Assembly (NCBI GenBank): GCA_964439805.1
Contig: CAYTOI010000001.1
Location: forward strand, 67,573-131,572
DNA: 64,000 bases
Source of the DNA: an uncultured Pseudomonadales bacterium
GTDB taxonomy: Bacteria; Patescibacteriota; Microgenomatia; UBA1400; MFAQ01
Reading direction: 5' to 3'
Program-made: the position numbers and the translations under genes
Shown: one piece after another, positions 48,096 through 57,560 of the stretch
How the letters are laid out: each line of letters begins with the position of its first letter
Numbering within the stretch: position 1 is the stretch's first letter
The notes under the pieces: generated by a model
Told to the model about the DNA's origin: nothing
Databases searched by the model: none
Seen by the model: only the letters and a program-made list of their open reading frames with translations

Positions 48096-50828
48096 ATGAA
48101 AATAAATCACATGCAATATACTAAAAGCATGACTCCCGCAAAGGCCAAAGTATCAACATGGTCAAATAACGATAGAATCTCAGAGTACTTAAAGTCTTTA
48201 GAGCTTGATGAAATTACATTTTGTGATTTTAAAATTAACCACACCGCTGACTATGATTCCGTCTTTATTGATCTTTCAAAAGACTTAGTAGATACAACTC
48301 AAAAAATACTTACCACTTATCTTCACGCTCGTGAAAACAAAAGGAAAATAGTGGTAATTCTTCTATGTGATATTTTTGGCTCTGATGAAAAAATAATTCA
48401 AATTAAAAAGCTTCTCGGAGACATATCAAAAGATGAATCCATCCACAGACTTATCGTTTGCCAAGACATCTTCTTCTTAGATATCGAGACTCTTATTTCC
48501 CCCTTGGATGAAACAATTAACAAGGTCATTTCCAAGAATGAAATATTTGTTACCCAAAAAGGAAATTTTTACTACTACCCTATTCACATTTCTGACTTGC
48601 TTAATATAGTTAAAAAAACCTTATTCCTGTCCAACACCAATGGTCAAGAATTCTACCTTCAGGGTGAGAAAATTTCAGACCTAGATATTGCCTATCTCCT
48701 AAAAGAGCTAATTTTGGAAAACTATAAAAAGGAACTGGATATAAACAATAACGGTTTAAGTAATAGCCTCAAAAAAGACTATTCAAGTGAGTCAGTAAAA
48801 ACTCTTGCCTTGTTAAATATCGACATAAAAACAAATTTGTATGAATTTCTAAAACAATTTATACACACCACAAAGAGTGAAACTTCAATTGTAGATGAAC
48901 CCAAAAAGCAGGGGAAGCTGACAAAAATTATTCACAACTCCTTTGCTTACAGGCTTTTTCACAGGCTAAACAATTTTAAAAAGCCTGAATCAGTAGAGGA
49001 TATTAAAAAATATTTTTCCAAAAAAACAGCCCAAATAATTGAAAGGGGGTTGGCGATAGTTTGTTTAATATACTTGGCGGTGTCAATAATTTTTATGATT
49101 TCCTCGTATTATTCATTAAAAAATATTGAGGCTTCATTGTTTAATTTAAAGAAGGGGAATGTGGAAAAATCCGTCTCAGCCTTAAATTTATCTATCATCA
49201 ACAAAAATATTTCTGAGAGTAATTACCTTATTTTGTCACCCGTTATTCAGTTTTTCTCGGAAAACTTTGATAAAACCAATCAAAATTTCCTTAACTTTCT
49301 AGGATTCACTCAGAACTCAATTTTGGGTTTTCAACAAACCTACATGCTAGCTGATAAGGTTTATAGTACTATTGGGAACGTAGAAAGTGTTGAAAATTAC
49401 GACCAAATTGTCCTAGGCTTAAAATCTAATCTCCAGCAAAGCTTTGAATCTATAAACCAGATTGAAATATTGTTAGAAAAAGGGGATCTTCCAAAACCTT
49501 TAATCCAAAAGGTGAAACAAGCAGTTGAATATAATGATTTGCACAATTCTCAGGAGCAGATAGGTGAAATAGTAAAAATAGTCGATTTGCTACCAGAAAT
49601 ATTGGGTTTCAAATCAATTTCTAACATTTTTATTCTTGTGCAAAATGATCACGAACAGAGAGCTACAGGGGGAGCTATAGACCAAGTTGTTCAACTCAGT
49701 ATTGATAAGGGTAAAAAAATCCATTCACAGGTTTTGAGTCCTGGCGAAATTGACTCCCTTGATACTTTTACCTTACTACCTCCACCTCAGCTAGAAAAAA
49801 TTTCAGGTGAATCTATTTGGAGGCTTCGGGATATGAATTACAATCCTGATTTTCCTCAAACAGCCACAAATATCTCCTGGTACTTAGAAAAAAAACTCAA
49901 AACCAAAGCCAGTGTCATTATTAGTGTCAACACACAAAGTATTGAGAATCTATTGGCTTCAAAAACCGAATTTGCAAAATCTTTGTCAAGCTTAACCTCA
50001 GAAGAATACAAGCAAAAACTAGATCAAGGTGGGGGTCAGTCTTACAACAAAGAAATACTTGAAAAGATAATCGACGGTCTTTTTTCTCATAAAATTCCCA
50101 CTCCGGAATTAAGTAAAAATCTTTCAGACCTCTTTGTGTCTGGAAATATCTTTCTTTGGACAAGTAATATTGATATAGAAAAAAATATCCAAGGCTTACC
50201 TTTTTCTGGTGGTATACAGCTAAACAACTGTCATTCATCTATGGGATCAGCTAGGGTTTGTCTCTCCGAAACTTCTCACTTAAATTTCTCTAATTTTTCC
50301 CTTATACCTCTCAACAATTTCCTCCAAAAAGATATTGCTCACACTGTTACACCAATGGTTTTGAGTGTAGATCATGATATTAAGGTGAACTATAAGTATC
50401 TCAAAAGTGCTCCTCTGGTAAATAGGGAGCTTGTTGAGGTAGTCCAGTTGTATCTGCCAAAATCATCAGTAATCAGTGAAATACTTTTAAATGATCAAAT
50501 GATTCCTTTGACCAATGTCTCAATGATTAGCGAAGTGACACTTAACAGATTTCAATTTGTAATTTCTACACCCCTAAACAAAAACAATGTTTTAAACATT
50601 AAATACACAACACCTCTTAAGGAGAGGGTGGTATTGCCCATCGCCTATTCTTTTACAGATATTCGTCAATCTGGTCTCATAAAATCAGAAAATACCTTAG
50701 AAATCAACATTCCAGACATGGCCAGAGCCTCAGCTATAACCAGTGAGGTTCAAAGCAGTCCCAATAAAATTATCTACAAATCCGAGAAGGGGAACTTAAA
50801 TTTTGGGGTCAATTTTGTTCCCAGGTAG
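48096..50828 (+). CDS. DUF4012-like single-TM protein
   Basis: LVQN..E.RATGG, W.LRD.N.NPDFP; N-terminus resembles a degenerate epimerase; start may be 48129. Confidence 0.75.
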   Translation: MKINHMQYTKSMTPAKAKVSTWSNNDRISEYLKSLELDEITFCDFKINHTADYDSVFIDLSKDLVDTTQKILTTYLHARENKRKIVVILLCDIFGSDEKIIQIKKLLGDISKDESIHRLIVCQDIFFLDIETLISPLDETINKVISKNEIFVTQKGNFYYYPIHISDLLNIVKKTLFLSNTNGQEFYLQGEKISDLDIAYLLKELILENYKKELDINNNGLSNSLKKDYSSESVKTLALLNIDIKTNLYEFLKQFIHTTKSETSIVDEPKKQGKLTKIIHNSFAYRLFHRLNNFKKPESVEDIKKYFSKKTAQIIERGLAIVCLIYLAVSIIFMISSYYSLKNIEASLFNLKKGNVEKSVSALNLSIINKNISESNYLILSPVIQFFSENFDKTNQNFLNFLGFTQNSILGFQQTYMLADKVYSTIGNVESVENYDQIVLGLKSNLQQSFESINQIEILLEKGDLPKPLIQKVKQAVEYNDLHNSQEQIGEIVKIVDLLPEILGFKSISNIFILVQNDHEQRATGGAIDQVVQLSIDKGKKIHSQVLSPGEIDSLDTFTLLPPPQLEKISGESIWRLRDMNYNPDFPQTATNISWYLEKKLKTKASVIISVNTQSIENLLASKTEFAKSLSSLTSEEYKQKLDQGGGQSYNKEILEKIIDGLFSHKIPTPELSKNLSDLFVSGNIFLWTSNIDIEKNIQGLPFSGGIQLNNCHSSMGSARVCLSETSHLNFSNFSLIPLNNFLQKDIAHTVTPMVLSVDHDIKVNYKYLKSAPLVNRELVEVVQLYLPKSSVISEILLNDQMIPLTNVSMISEVTLNRFQFVISTPLNKNNVLNIKYTTPLKERVVLPIAYSFTDIRQSGLIKSENTLEINIPDMARASAITSEVQSSPNKIIYKSEKGNLNFGVNFVPR

Positions 50829-50860
50829 AATTTTGAGCTCTTTTAGGCTACAATACCACC

Positions 50861-51520
50861 ATGAATAAATACGTTTTAAAGGCTGAAAAAAGAGAAATTA
50901 TAGGTAGTAAGGTGCGTAAAATGCGCAAGGTTGGCTTAATTCCAGCCACGGTCTTTGGAAAAACTGTAGATAGTGCTTCAATCCAAATCTCTAGCGTTGA
51001 GTTCAATAGAGTTTACAAGCAAGCCGGAGAAACCAGTCTTATTTGGATCTCCGTTGATGGTGAGGCAAAAGAAAGACCAACCTTGGTAAAAGACCTCTCT
51101 AATAACCCCATGACCGGTAAAATTGTCCATATTGATTTTCATCAAGTTAACCTCAAGGAAAAAGTTACTGCAAACGTTCCAGTAGAAATTATTGGTGAAT
51201 CTGATCTAATTAAATCTGGGGCTGCCGTACTTGATATTCACATGGACGAGGTAGAAGTAGAAGCTTTGCCAACCGATATCCCAGAAAAACTGGTTTTTGA
51301 TATTTCTTCACTAAAAGAAGTCGGTGAACACTTGTTACTTTCTTCCGCAGTTCTACCTTCTGGAGTCACCTTAATAACTGACTCTGAAAGTATTGTAGTG
51401 GCTCTAGGCGAGCCTCAAAAGGAAGAAGAGCCTCTGGATACAGCAGTTGCTGAAACAGAAGTCGTAGGCGAAGCTGACAAAGACAAAAAAGAAGAGTCTG
51501 CATCCGAAACAAAAGAATAA
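50861..51520 (+). CDS. rplY: 50S ribosomal protein L25
   Basis: R..G.IPA.VFG, HIDF..V, VEALP..IP. Confidence 0.95.
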   Translation: MNKYVLKAEKREIIGSKVRKMRKVGLIPATVFGKTVDSASIQISSVEFNRVYKQAGETSLIWISVDGEAKERPTLVKDLSNNPMTGKIVHIDFHQVNLKEKVTANVPVEIIGESDLIKSGAAVLDIHMDEVEVEALPTDIPEKLVFDISSLKEVGEHLLLSSAVLPSGVTLITDSESIVVALGEPQKEEEPLDTAVAETEVVGEADKDKKEESASETKE

Positions 51521-51534
51521 TTATTGTTCAATAA

Positions 51535-51564
51535 CAAAAACTCCCCATCGGGGGAGTTTTTTTG
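51535..51564. terminator. Bidirectional terminator between rplY and valS
   Basis: aaaaactcccc-atcg-ggggagttttt. Confidence 0.8.
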
Positions 51565-51569
51565 CATCT

Positions 51570-51623
51570 TGTCATTCCGGACTAGCTTGTCCCGATTGTT
51601 CAGTCGGGGATCCGGAATCCAGG
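51570..51623 (+). repeat. GTCATTCCGG palindromic element with nested hairpin
   Basis: gtcattccggactag...cccgattgttcagtcggg gatccggaatccag. Confidence 0.75.
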
Positions 51624-51625
51624 AC

Positions 51626-53728
51626 TCACCATCTCTCATTGATCAGCAAACCTTCCTCAGGATAAATCTCTTTCCAAACAGCTTCTGTTACAAACGGCAC
51701 GAATGGGTGTAAGAGTTTAATAAAAGTCTTATATCCGTTATTCAAAACTTCAGCTGATATCTCACCTTTTTTACAAGCTTCAATTTGTTCATCACAAAAC
51801 CAGTGCCAGAACTCGTTATAAACAGTCTCCGAAGCCAGACCAACTCTGTTCTCATTCAACAATCTCGTCATTTCAGCCACAACTTCATTTAACTTCTTCT
51901 CAAACTCCCCGTCTTTTACTTTGGTTGTCTCGAGTTCTTGATTCTTCGAGTTCTTGAGTTCTTGAGTAAATCTCCCTGCATTCCAAATCTTATTTGCAAA
52001 ATTTCTCATGCCTCTCACTTTATTCTCACCTGTATTAGAATCTATTCCTGGAGCCGTACTCATAACTAGAGCCATTCTGAGAGCATCAGTTCCATACTTT
52101 TCTGAAAGCTCCAGTGGGTTAATTACATTCCCTTTACTCTTACTCATTTTTTGACCTTTTTCGTCTCGAACTAATCCATGAAGATATACAGTTTTAAAGG
52201 GGACTTTTCCTGTCATCTCAATTCCTAGCATCAACATTCTCATTACCCAAAAAGGCAAAATATCATAAGCGGTCTCCATTACTTGGGTGGGGTAGTACTT
52301 CTCAAAATCCATCTCTTTATTAGTTTTTAGGGTTGCAAAAGGCCACTGACCGGAGCTAAACCACGTGTCAAAAGTATCCGTCTCCTGTATCCATCCCTCG
52401 CCTGGATTCTCTTTTTGTACCAAATACTCCTCATTTTCTAGAGTTCTTGATTCCTTGAGTTCTTGAATTCTTTCTCTATACCACACCGGCATCCTAATAC
52501 CCCAAACAATCTGCCTACTTACATTCCAGTCTCTAAGATTCTCAAGCCAGTGTCTCAAAATTTTATCGTGACCAGATCCCATTACTTCAAATTCATTGTT
52601 GTCCAAAGCTGATAAAACCTTTTGGGCCATAGATTTTACAGATATAAAGAACTGAGACCTTGGTAAGGGCTCTATGGTTCTTCCACACCTGTAACACACA
52701 CCCACATTGTGACCGTAGTCTTTTGTTTCAATTAGTTTTTCACCCAAATCAATAACTATTTTTTCTCTAGCTGCAGATACACTCAAACCCGCATACTCAC
52801 CTGCATTCTCGGTCATTTTGCCGTTTTCTCCTACAACTTTAAATTCTTTACAGATTTCCTGAAGATTCATTTTTGCTCTCTCAGCCATGGCCCAGTCATT
52901 TGGGTCATGCGCAGGAGTAACTTTTACAGCTCCAGTTCCAAAACTAATATCAACTAGCTCGTCAGCAATAACAGGAATTTTTCTGTTTACTAGGGGAATA
53001 GTTACCATCTTTCCAATAATTCCTTTGTATCTCTCGTCGTTTGGATTTACGGCTACAGCAACGTCGCCCAAAAGGGTTTCTGGTCTAGTAGTGGCGACTA
53101 CAACACCTTCACCATAGTCTATTGTATAAAGTTTGTCATTCTTTTCTTCGTGATTTACTTCCAGCTCAGAGTAAGCAGTGCCACACTTTGTACAAAAATT
53201 AACTAGTTTCTCAGCTTTGTAAACCAGTCCACGTTTGTTTAGTTCTACAAAAGTCTCCTGAACCAAAGAAACAATTTCTGGGTTGAGTGTAAATTTGTAT
53301 CTACTCCAGTCAGCACTAGCTCCCAACTTTTTCATTTGGTCTATTGCTACATCTGAGTTCTCTGAGACATAATCCCAAATCATCTTAAAAAGAGTCTCTC
53401 TGTCGTAGTCGAATCTGCTCTTGTCTACTTTGGCAAGTTTCTTTTCGAAAACAAACTGTGTTTCAATCCCCGCGTGATCAGTACCGGGTAGCCACAAGGT
53501 AGCGTCTCCAAGCATTCTGTGAAAGCGAACCAGAATATCTTCTACTGTTACAAACATTGCGTGCCCCACGTGCAAAGGATCGTTTGCGTTGGGTGGCGGC
53601 ATAATCACGGTAAATGTTTTCTGTTCTCCTGTCAGATCCTTGCCTGCCGGGGGAGTAAAAGCACCAGAATCCTCCCACAATTTATAAAGTGAGTCTTCGT
53701 ATTTTTTGTGATCGTAATTTTTGTCCAT
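51626..53728 (-). CDS. valS: Valine-tRNA ligase
   Basis: PPPN...LHVGH, GTDHAGI.TQ, DW..SRQ..WG, DTWFSS, KMSKS. Confidence 0.96.
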   Translation of the reverse strand: MDKNYDHKKYEDSLYKLWEDSGAFTPPAGKDLTGEQKTFTVIMPPPNANDPLHVGHAMFVTVEDILVRFHRMLGDATLWLPGTDHAGIETQFVFEKKLAKVDKSRFDYDRETLFKMIWDYVSENSDVAIDQMKKLGASADWSRYKFTLNPEIVSLVQETFVELNKRGLVYKAEKLVNFCTKCGTAYSELEVNHEEKNDKLYTIDYGEGVVVATTRPETLLGDVAVAVNPNDERYKGIIGKMVTIPLVNRKIPVIADELVDISFGTGAVKVTPAHDPNDWAMAERAKMNLQEICKEFKVVGENGKMTENAGEYAGLSVSAAREKIVIDLGEKLIETKDYGHNVGVCYRCGRTIEPLPRSQFFISVKSMAQKVLSALDNNEFEVMGSGHDKILRHWLENLRDWNVSRQIVWGIRMPVWYRERIQELKESRTLENEEYLVQKENPGEGWIQETDTFDTWFSSGQWPFATLKTNKEMDFEKYYPTQVMETAYDILPFWVMRMLMLGIEMTGKVPFKTVYLHGLVRDEKGQKMSKSKGNVINPLELSEKYGTDALRMALVMSTAPGIDSNTGENKVRGMRNFANKIWNAGRFTQELKNSKNQELETTKVKDGEFEKKLNEVVAEMTRLLNENRVGLASETVYNEFWHWFCDEQIEACKKGEISAEVLNNGYKTFIKLLHPFVPFVTEAVWKEIYPEEGLLINERW

Positions 53729-53797
53729 CCACCCAATTTTACCCCAAACTTGACTCTTGTGGCTACAAAACCTATAATCCCGTCAACTGGAGGATCC

Positions 53798-54046
53798 GTG
53801 AACATTCAAAATCCTGAAGCGTTGACCAATTTGGCTTTTATCTTCTACCTAATAGCCTGTTTTATCTCGCTGTTTTTTAAAAAATTTAACATCAACAGCA
53901 TCATTTTGATTATTTTCTTGGATGTAATTTCAGGTTTATGTTTAGTTTTTGCAAATTCAGATTATGCCTTTTTACCCTTGCTCACAGCTGCACTGCACTC
54001 AATAATGCTAATTAGCCTAAAGAAAAACAAATTAGACCCGTCCTAG
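53798..54046 (+). CDS. Small membrane protein
   Basis: GTG after GGAGG; three hydrophobic segments. Confidence 0.55.
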   Translation: MNIQNPEALTNLAFIFYLIACFISLFFKKFNINSIILIIFLDVISGLCLVFANSDYAFLPLLTAALHSIMLISLKKNKLDPS

Positions 54047-54057
54047 CGACGGGTTTT
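54036..54057. terminator. Hairpin between convergent genes
   Basis: acccgtc-ctagc-gacgggt followed by ttt. Confidence 0.55.
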
Positions 54058-55117
54058 ATATTATCCCCATCCCTGGGTCGGGAGATATTTCGGTACTTGC
54101 TGTGATAGGTTTGAGTAAGGCACAGGCTCCAATCATGGCTGCATTGTCCCCACAATACTTTAATTCTGGAACAAAGAACTTTAAACCTCTACTTTCGACA
54201 GTCTTTCTCATCTCTTCTCTAATTTTGGAATTTGCCGCCACTCCGCCGGCGAGAAGAACACTCTTCACAGAATACTTATCCATTGCCAAATTTAATTTCT
54301 TTATCAGAATCTCGGTCACCGCCTCAGAAAAATCCCTAACATACAAATCTCTCTCTTTCTGAGATCTGATATCTGAGAACTGAGAACTAACCCTAGTCAC
54401 CGCAGCCTTTAAACCTGAAAAACTCATCTCTAAGCTATCATCATTAATTAGTGGTCTAGGAAGTTTATCTTTCTTATTTAGTTTCGAATACTCTTCATTT
54501 GTAACACTCTTGGTTCTTTTATCGATTTCTGGCCCACCAGGATAGGGAAGTCCAAAAGCTCTTGCTGCCTTGTCAAAGGCTTCTCCTACAGCGTCATCTC
54601 TGGTGCCACCAATCCACTCCCAATCGTCTACAGACTTCATATAGACAAAATCAGTGTGACCTCCACTAGCAATCAATCCAATTGCCGGCATCTCCGGCAC
54701 CTCATCATCTTGAGTTCTTGATTCCTTGATTCCTTGATTTCTTGGATTTATTATCCAATTTCCCATCAAATGTGCGCCCACGTGATTTACCGAAAGAAGC
54801 GGCTTGTTAAAAACCCAAGCGAGAGTTTTGGCCGTTTCCACACCTATCAGTAAACTTCCCATTAATCCTGGCCCAAAACTCGCTGCAATAGCATCAATTT
54901 CCTCCATTTTAATTTCACCCAAAGCTTCTTTAATTACAGGAATAATGCTTTTTACTTGCTCACGTGCAGCCAGCTCGGGGATTATTCCTCCGTATTTCTC
55001 TTGAATCGCAATTGAACTTGCCACAACAGAGATTAATACTCTCACGCCCAAACCAATATTCTCCACTACCGCAGCCGCAGTCTCATCACACGTACTCTCA
55101 ATTGCCAATATCTTCAT
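54056..55117 (-). CDS. tsaD: tRNA t6A threonylcarbamoyltransferase
   Basis: LAIESTCDETA, GGIIPE.A.R, SGGHT, DDAVGEAFDK, GGVAAN, DNAAMI. Confidence 0.96.
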   Translation of the reverse strand: MKILAIESTCDETAAAVVENIGLGVRVLISVVASSIAIQEKYGGIIPELAAREQVKSIIPVIKEALGEIKMEEIDAIAASFGPGLMGSLLIGVETAKTLAWVFNKPLLSVNHVGAHLMGNWIINPRNQGIKESRTQDDEVPEMPAIGLIASGGHTDFVYMKSVDDWEWIGGTRDDAVGEAFDKAARAFGLPYPGGPEIDKRTKSVTNEEYSKLNKKDKLPRPLINDDSLEMSFSGLKAAVTRVSSQFSDIRSQKERDLYVRDFSEAVTEILIKKLNLAMDKYSVKSVLLAGGVAANSKIREEMRKTVESRGLKFFVPELKYCGDNAAMIGACALLKPITASTEISPDPGMGII

Positions 55118-55158
55118 CCATATATTTTAACCTAAACAAAGAGGATGGATTTTTAGTT

Positions 55159-55797
55159 CTATAAAGCAAAGTATTTTCTTGCTTCCTCAATAGAAGTTGG
55201 AATGATTTTGTCTCTTTTTTCAACAAATTCGTTATATTCCTTACTATTGCCCAAACGGTTATTTTTATTAAATATGACTAATAGTTCAGAGGATAAATAC
55301 TTTTGCCATATTTCATTTCCACAATCGACCTTACCAATTTCATCAAGTACTATTTTTCTGTATAAATCAATTTTTTTTGAACCTATTTGCATTAAAAAAA
55401 GGTCTGGTAAAAAGGTGTTAGGTAAATTGAGAGGATCTCTGACAGATATTTCTGCAGAAAAGTATTCAATTAGAGATTTGACATCTCTTTTTATAATATC
55501 AGGGGATATTGTTTTAAAATGTATGCCAGGTGTTTCAGTGGAGTCTAAATTTTTTGAAATTTCCAGTTTTAGTTCATCAATGTCATTTGAATTAGAACCA
55601 TCATTAATAAATACCGTTGAATCCATATCACTGTTAGACTTATTAAATCCGTAAGTATGACTTCCTTGTACAACGGCGCCAGCAACACAGTCGTAGGTGT
55701 TTAATATTTTCCTAAAACAATCTAATTTATTATAAGAAACCTCACTCACTTTAAATCTATGTTTTTCTAGATAATTTGAGATTTCAATTGAATCCAT
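55159..55797 (-). CDS. Nucleotidyltransferase-domain protein
   Basis: QGSHTYG....SDMD Pol-beta-like motif. Confidence 0.65.
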   Translation of the reverse strand: MDSIEISNYLEKHRFKVSEVSYNKLDCFRKILNTYDCVAGAVVQGSHTYGFNKSNSDMDSTVFINDGSNSNDIDELKLEISKNLDSTETPGIHFKTISPDIIKRDVKSLIEYFSAEISVRDPLNLPNTFLPDLFLMQIGSKKIDLYRKIVLDEIGKVDCGNEIWQKYLSSELLVIFNKNNRLGNSKEYNEFVEKRDKIIPTSIEEARKYFAL

Positions 55798-55803
55798 ATC
55801 ATT

Positions 55804-57522
55804 TCATTCTCCCGTACCCACCAAATAAACCGCTCTCCATGGCTGGTAATTACTCACAAATCTTTTTTCAAACAAACTTTCTCCACCTCGCTCAACTTTA
55901 TAGTCAAAGGTAACTTTTGCTCCAGCAGCTGACCAGTCTATCTGTTTTGTAGTTCCTTTGGGTAAGTTGGGGTCATCAATATAAGAAGTGGCGGGAGCAG
56001 AGGACTGGTTTGTGATAACTGGTTTGGAGATCGTAGATTTTCTTCCATCACTTGTTCCGTATATTTCTACTCGCATCGTCAAATTTTTGGTGTCTACTTT
56101 AGTCTGAACTAATATATGATGCCCTGTATCATTCAAAAATTTAAAGTCAGTAGATGGGGAGTATATAGTTGCATCAAGGCCGGGAGGACTATCTTGTTCA
56201 TAATATCCCACTCTATATGCATGAGCTTTTCTCTCGGTAATAGGGAATCCAAAGTCCATAGCAGCTCTAAATACTGTTGTAGAAACTTGGCAAACTCCGC
56301 CTCCATCACCTAGCACAGTCTTTCCCTCACTAATAACATAAGCCGTCTGATATCCACTTTGTCTATTTATTTCACCCACAGCTGCGTTAAACGAAAATTC
56401 TTCTCCAGGAGCCACTACCACTCCATTTATTCTAGAAGCAGCCAAGTTCACATTAAACACTCTATTGGCAATCGAGTGACCAAAGCTAGATTTTCCAACA
56501 CCAATCAATTCTTTTATCCCCATATTGTTGATCTCACCAGCTCGAATTTTGGGATAACTTAAAATCACCGGAATATTTAAACTCTTTTCTTTACTACTAA
56601 GTAGGGAATCACCAATCAATTTTTCAAACTTAGGTTTGTCAATAACAGCTCCAACTATCTCTGGTTTAAACTCTTTTACTCTTCCATCTTCAAAAACAAA
56701 TACGGCGTCTTTTGGTTCCGTCTCTACATTCTCAATTATTTCATTCAGTAGTTTATTAAAATTACCACCATTCAAATTATTGTTATCTACACCAAACAGG
56801 GAAGCTAGATCTTCAGAGCTAATTTTCTTAACATACTCTCCATATTTTAGCTCCATCTTCTCTTCTCCAAAAGAGTTTAAATTTGCTATTACCTTGTTGG
56901 CAACTTCTTCGCTGGCGTCTGTCTTAACTTCTTCCGTTTTAACTTTAATGGTTTGTACTCCAGGGTAGCTAAGACGATCCCTTACTTCTGATTTTAGTTT
57001 GTCAGAGTTTATCTTTAGCCCACTCTTACCCTTTACTAGTTCAAAACCATTCTTATTTTTTACTATTCTTGGCCAAACAGGCTCCATTGAAGCTGTGGCA
57101 GATACCTCATCAACCAGGTCATCCAAGTCTGATTCGTTAAATTCCAATGGAACAACTAACTCTTTAGTATTAAAAAATAAATCAACTCTCTGCCTTGAGT
57201 CGCCAAAAATATCTCCTGACCTACCGATCTTAAGTGCTTGCTCTGAAGCCCAGAGAGCATTTCTCTTAATGTTTAAAGTACTTAAAAGTTTTATCTCAGT
57301 TCCATCTTCCTTACTTATTACAATCTTATTGGGATTTTCTTTAAAGGTTTTTACAATTTTTGCTTCGGCCACTTCTTTACTAAGTCCTCCTACATCAATT
57401 TTAGACACAAACACATTTGGGAGAATGATGTTTCTATAGGCGAGCGCGTACCCAGCAAAGGCCGAAAGGGCTAGAAAAAATATGAAGACCGCAAACCAAA
57501 TAGGATTTTTTATTTTATTCAT
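55804..57522 (-). CDS. VanW family protein with peptidoglycan-binding region
   Basis: R..NV.LA, PGEEFSFN, GGGVCQVSTT.FRA. Confidence 0.9.
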   Translation of the reverse strand: MNKIKNPIWFAVFIFFLALSAFAGYALAYRNIILPNVFVSKIDVGGLSKEVAEAKIVKTFKENPNKIVISKEDGTEIKLLSTLNIKRNALWASEQALKIGRSGDIFGDSRQRVDLFFNTKELVVPLEFNESDLDDLVDEVSATASMEPVWPRIVKNKNGFELVKGKSGLKINSDKLKSEVRDRLSYPGVQTIKVKTEEVKTDASEEVANKVIANLNSFGEEKMELKYGEYVKKISSEDLASLFGVDNNNLNGGNFNKLLNEIIENVETEPKDAVFVFEDGRVKEFKPEIVGAVIDKPKFEKLIGDSLLSSKEKSLNIPVILSYPKIRAGEINNMGIKELIGVGKSSFGHSIANRVFNVNLAASRINGVVVAPGEEFSFNAAVGEINRQSGYQTAYVISEGKTVLGDGGGVCQVSTTVFRAAMDFGFPITERKAHAYRVGYYEQDSPPGLDATIYSPSTDFKFLNDTGHHILVQTKVDTKNLTMRVEIYGTSDGRKSTISKPVITNQSSAPATSYIDDPNLPKGTTKQIDWSAAGAKVTFDYKVERGGESLFEKRFVSNYQPWRAVYLVGTGE

Positions 57523-57560
57523 TCTTGTTATACTTACTAATAGTACAACGATAATTTTTT

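Noticed and set aside
47946-48100. DnaA-box-like TGTGGATAT beside an A-rich tract as an alternative origin
   Set aside because: A single imperfect box is not enough evidence.
51626-53728. Short ValS as a pseudogene
   Set aside because: Catalytic motifs are intact and the frame is open; only the C-terminal coiled coil is missing.
55804-57522. VanW as vancomycin resistance
   Set aside because: No other van genes are present; VanW-domain proteins are widespread.
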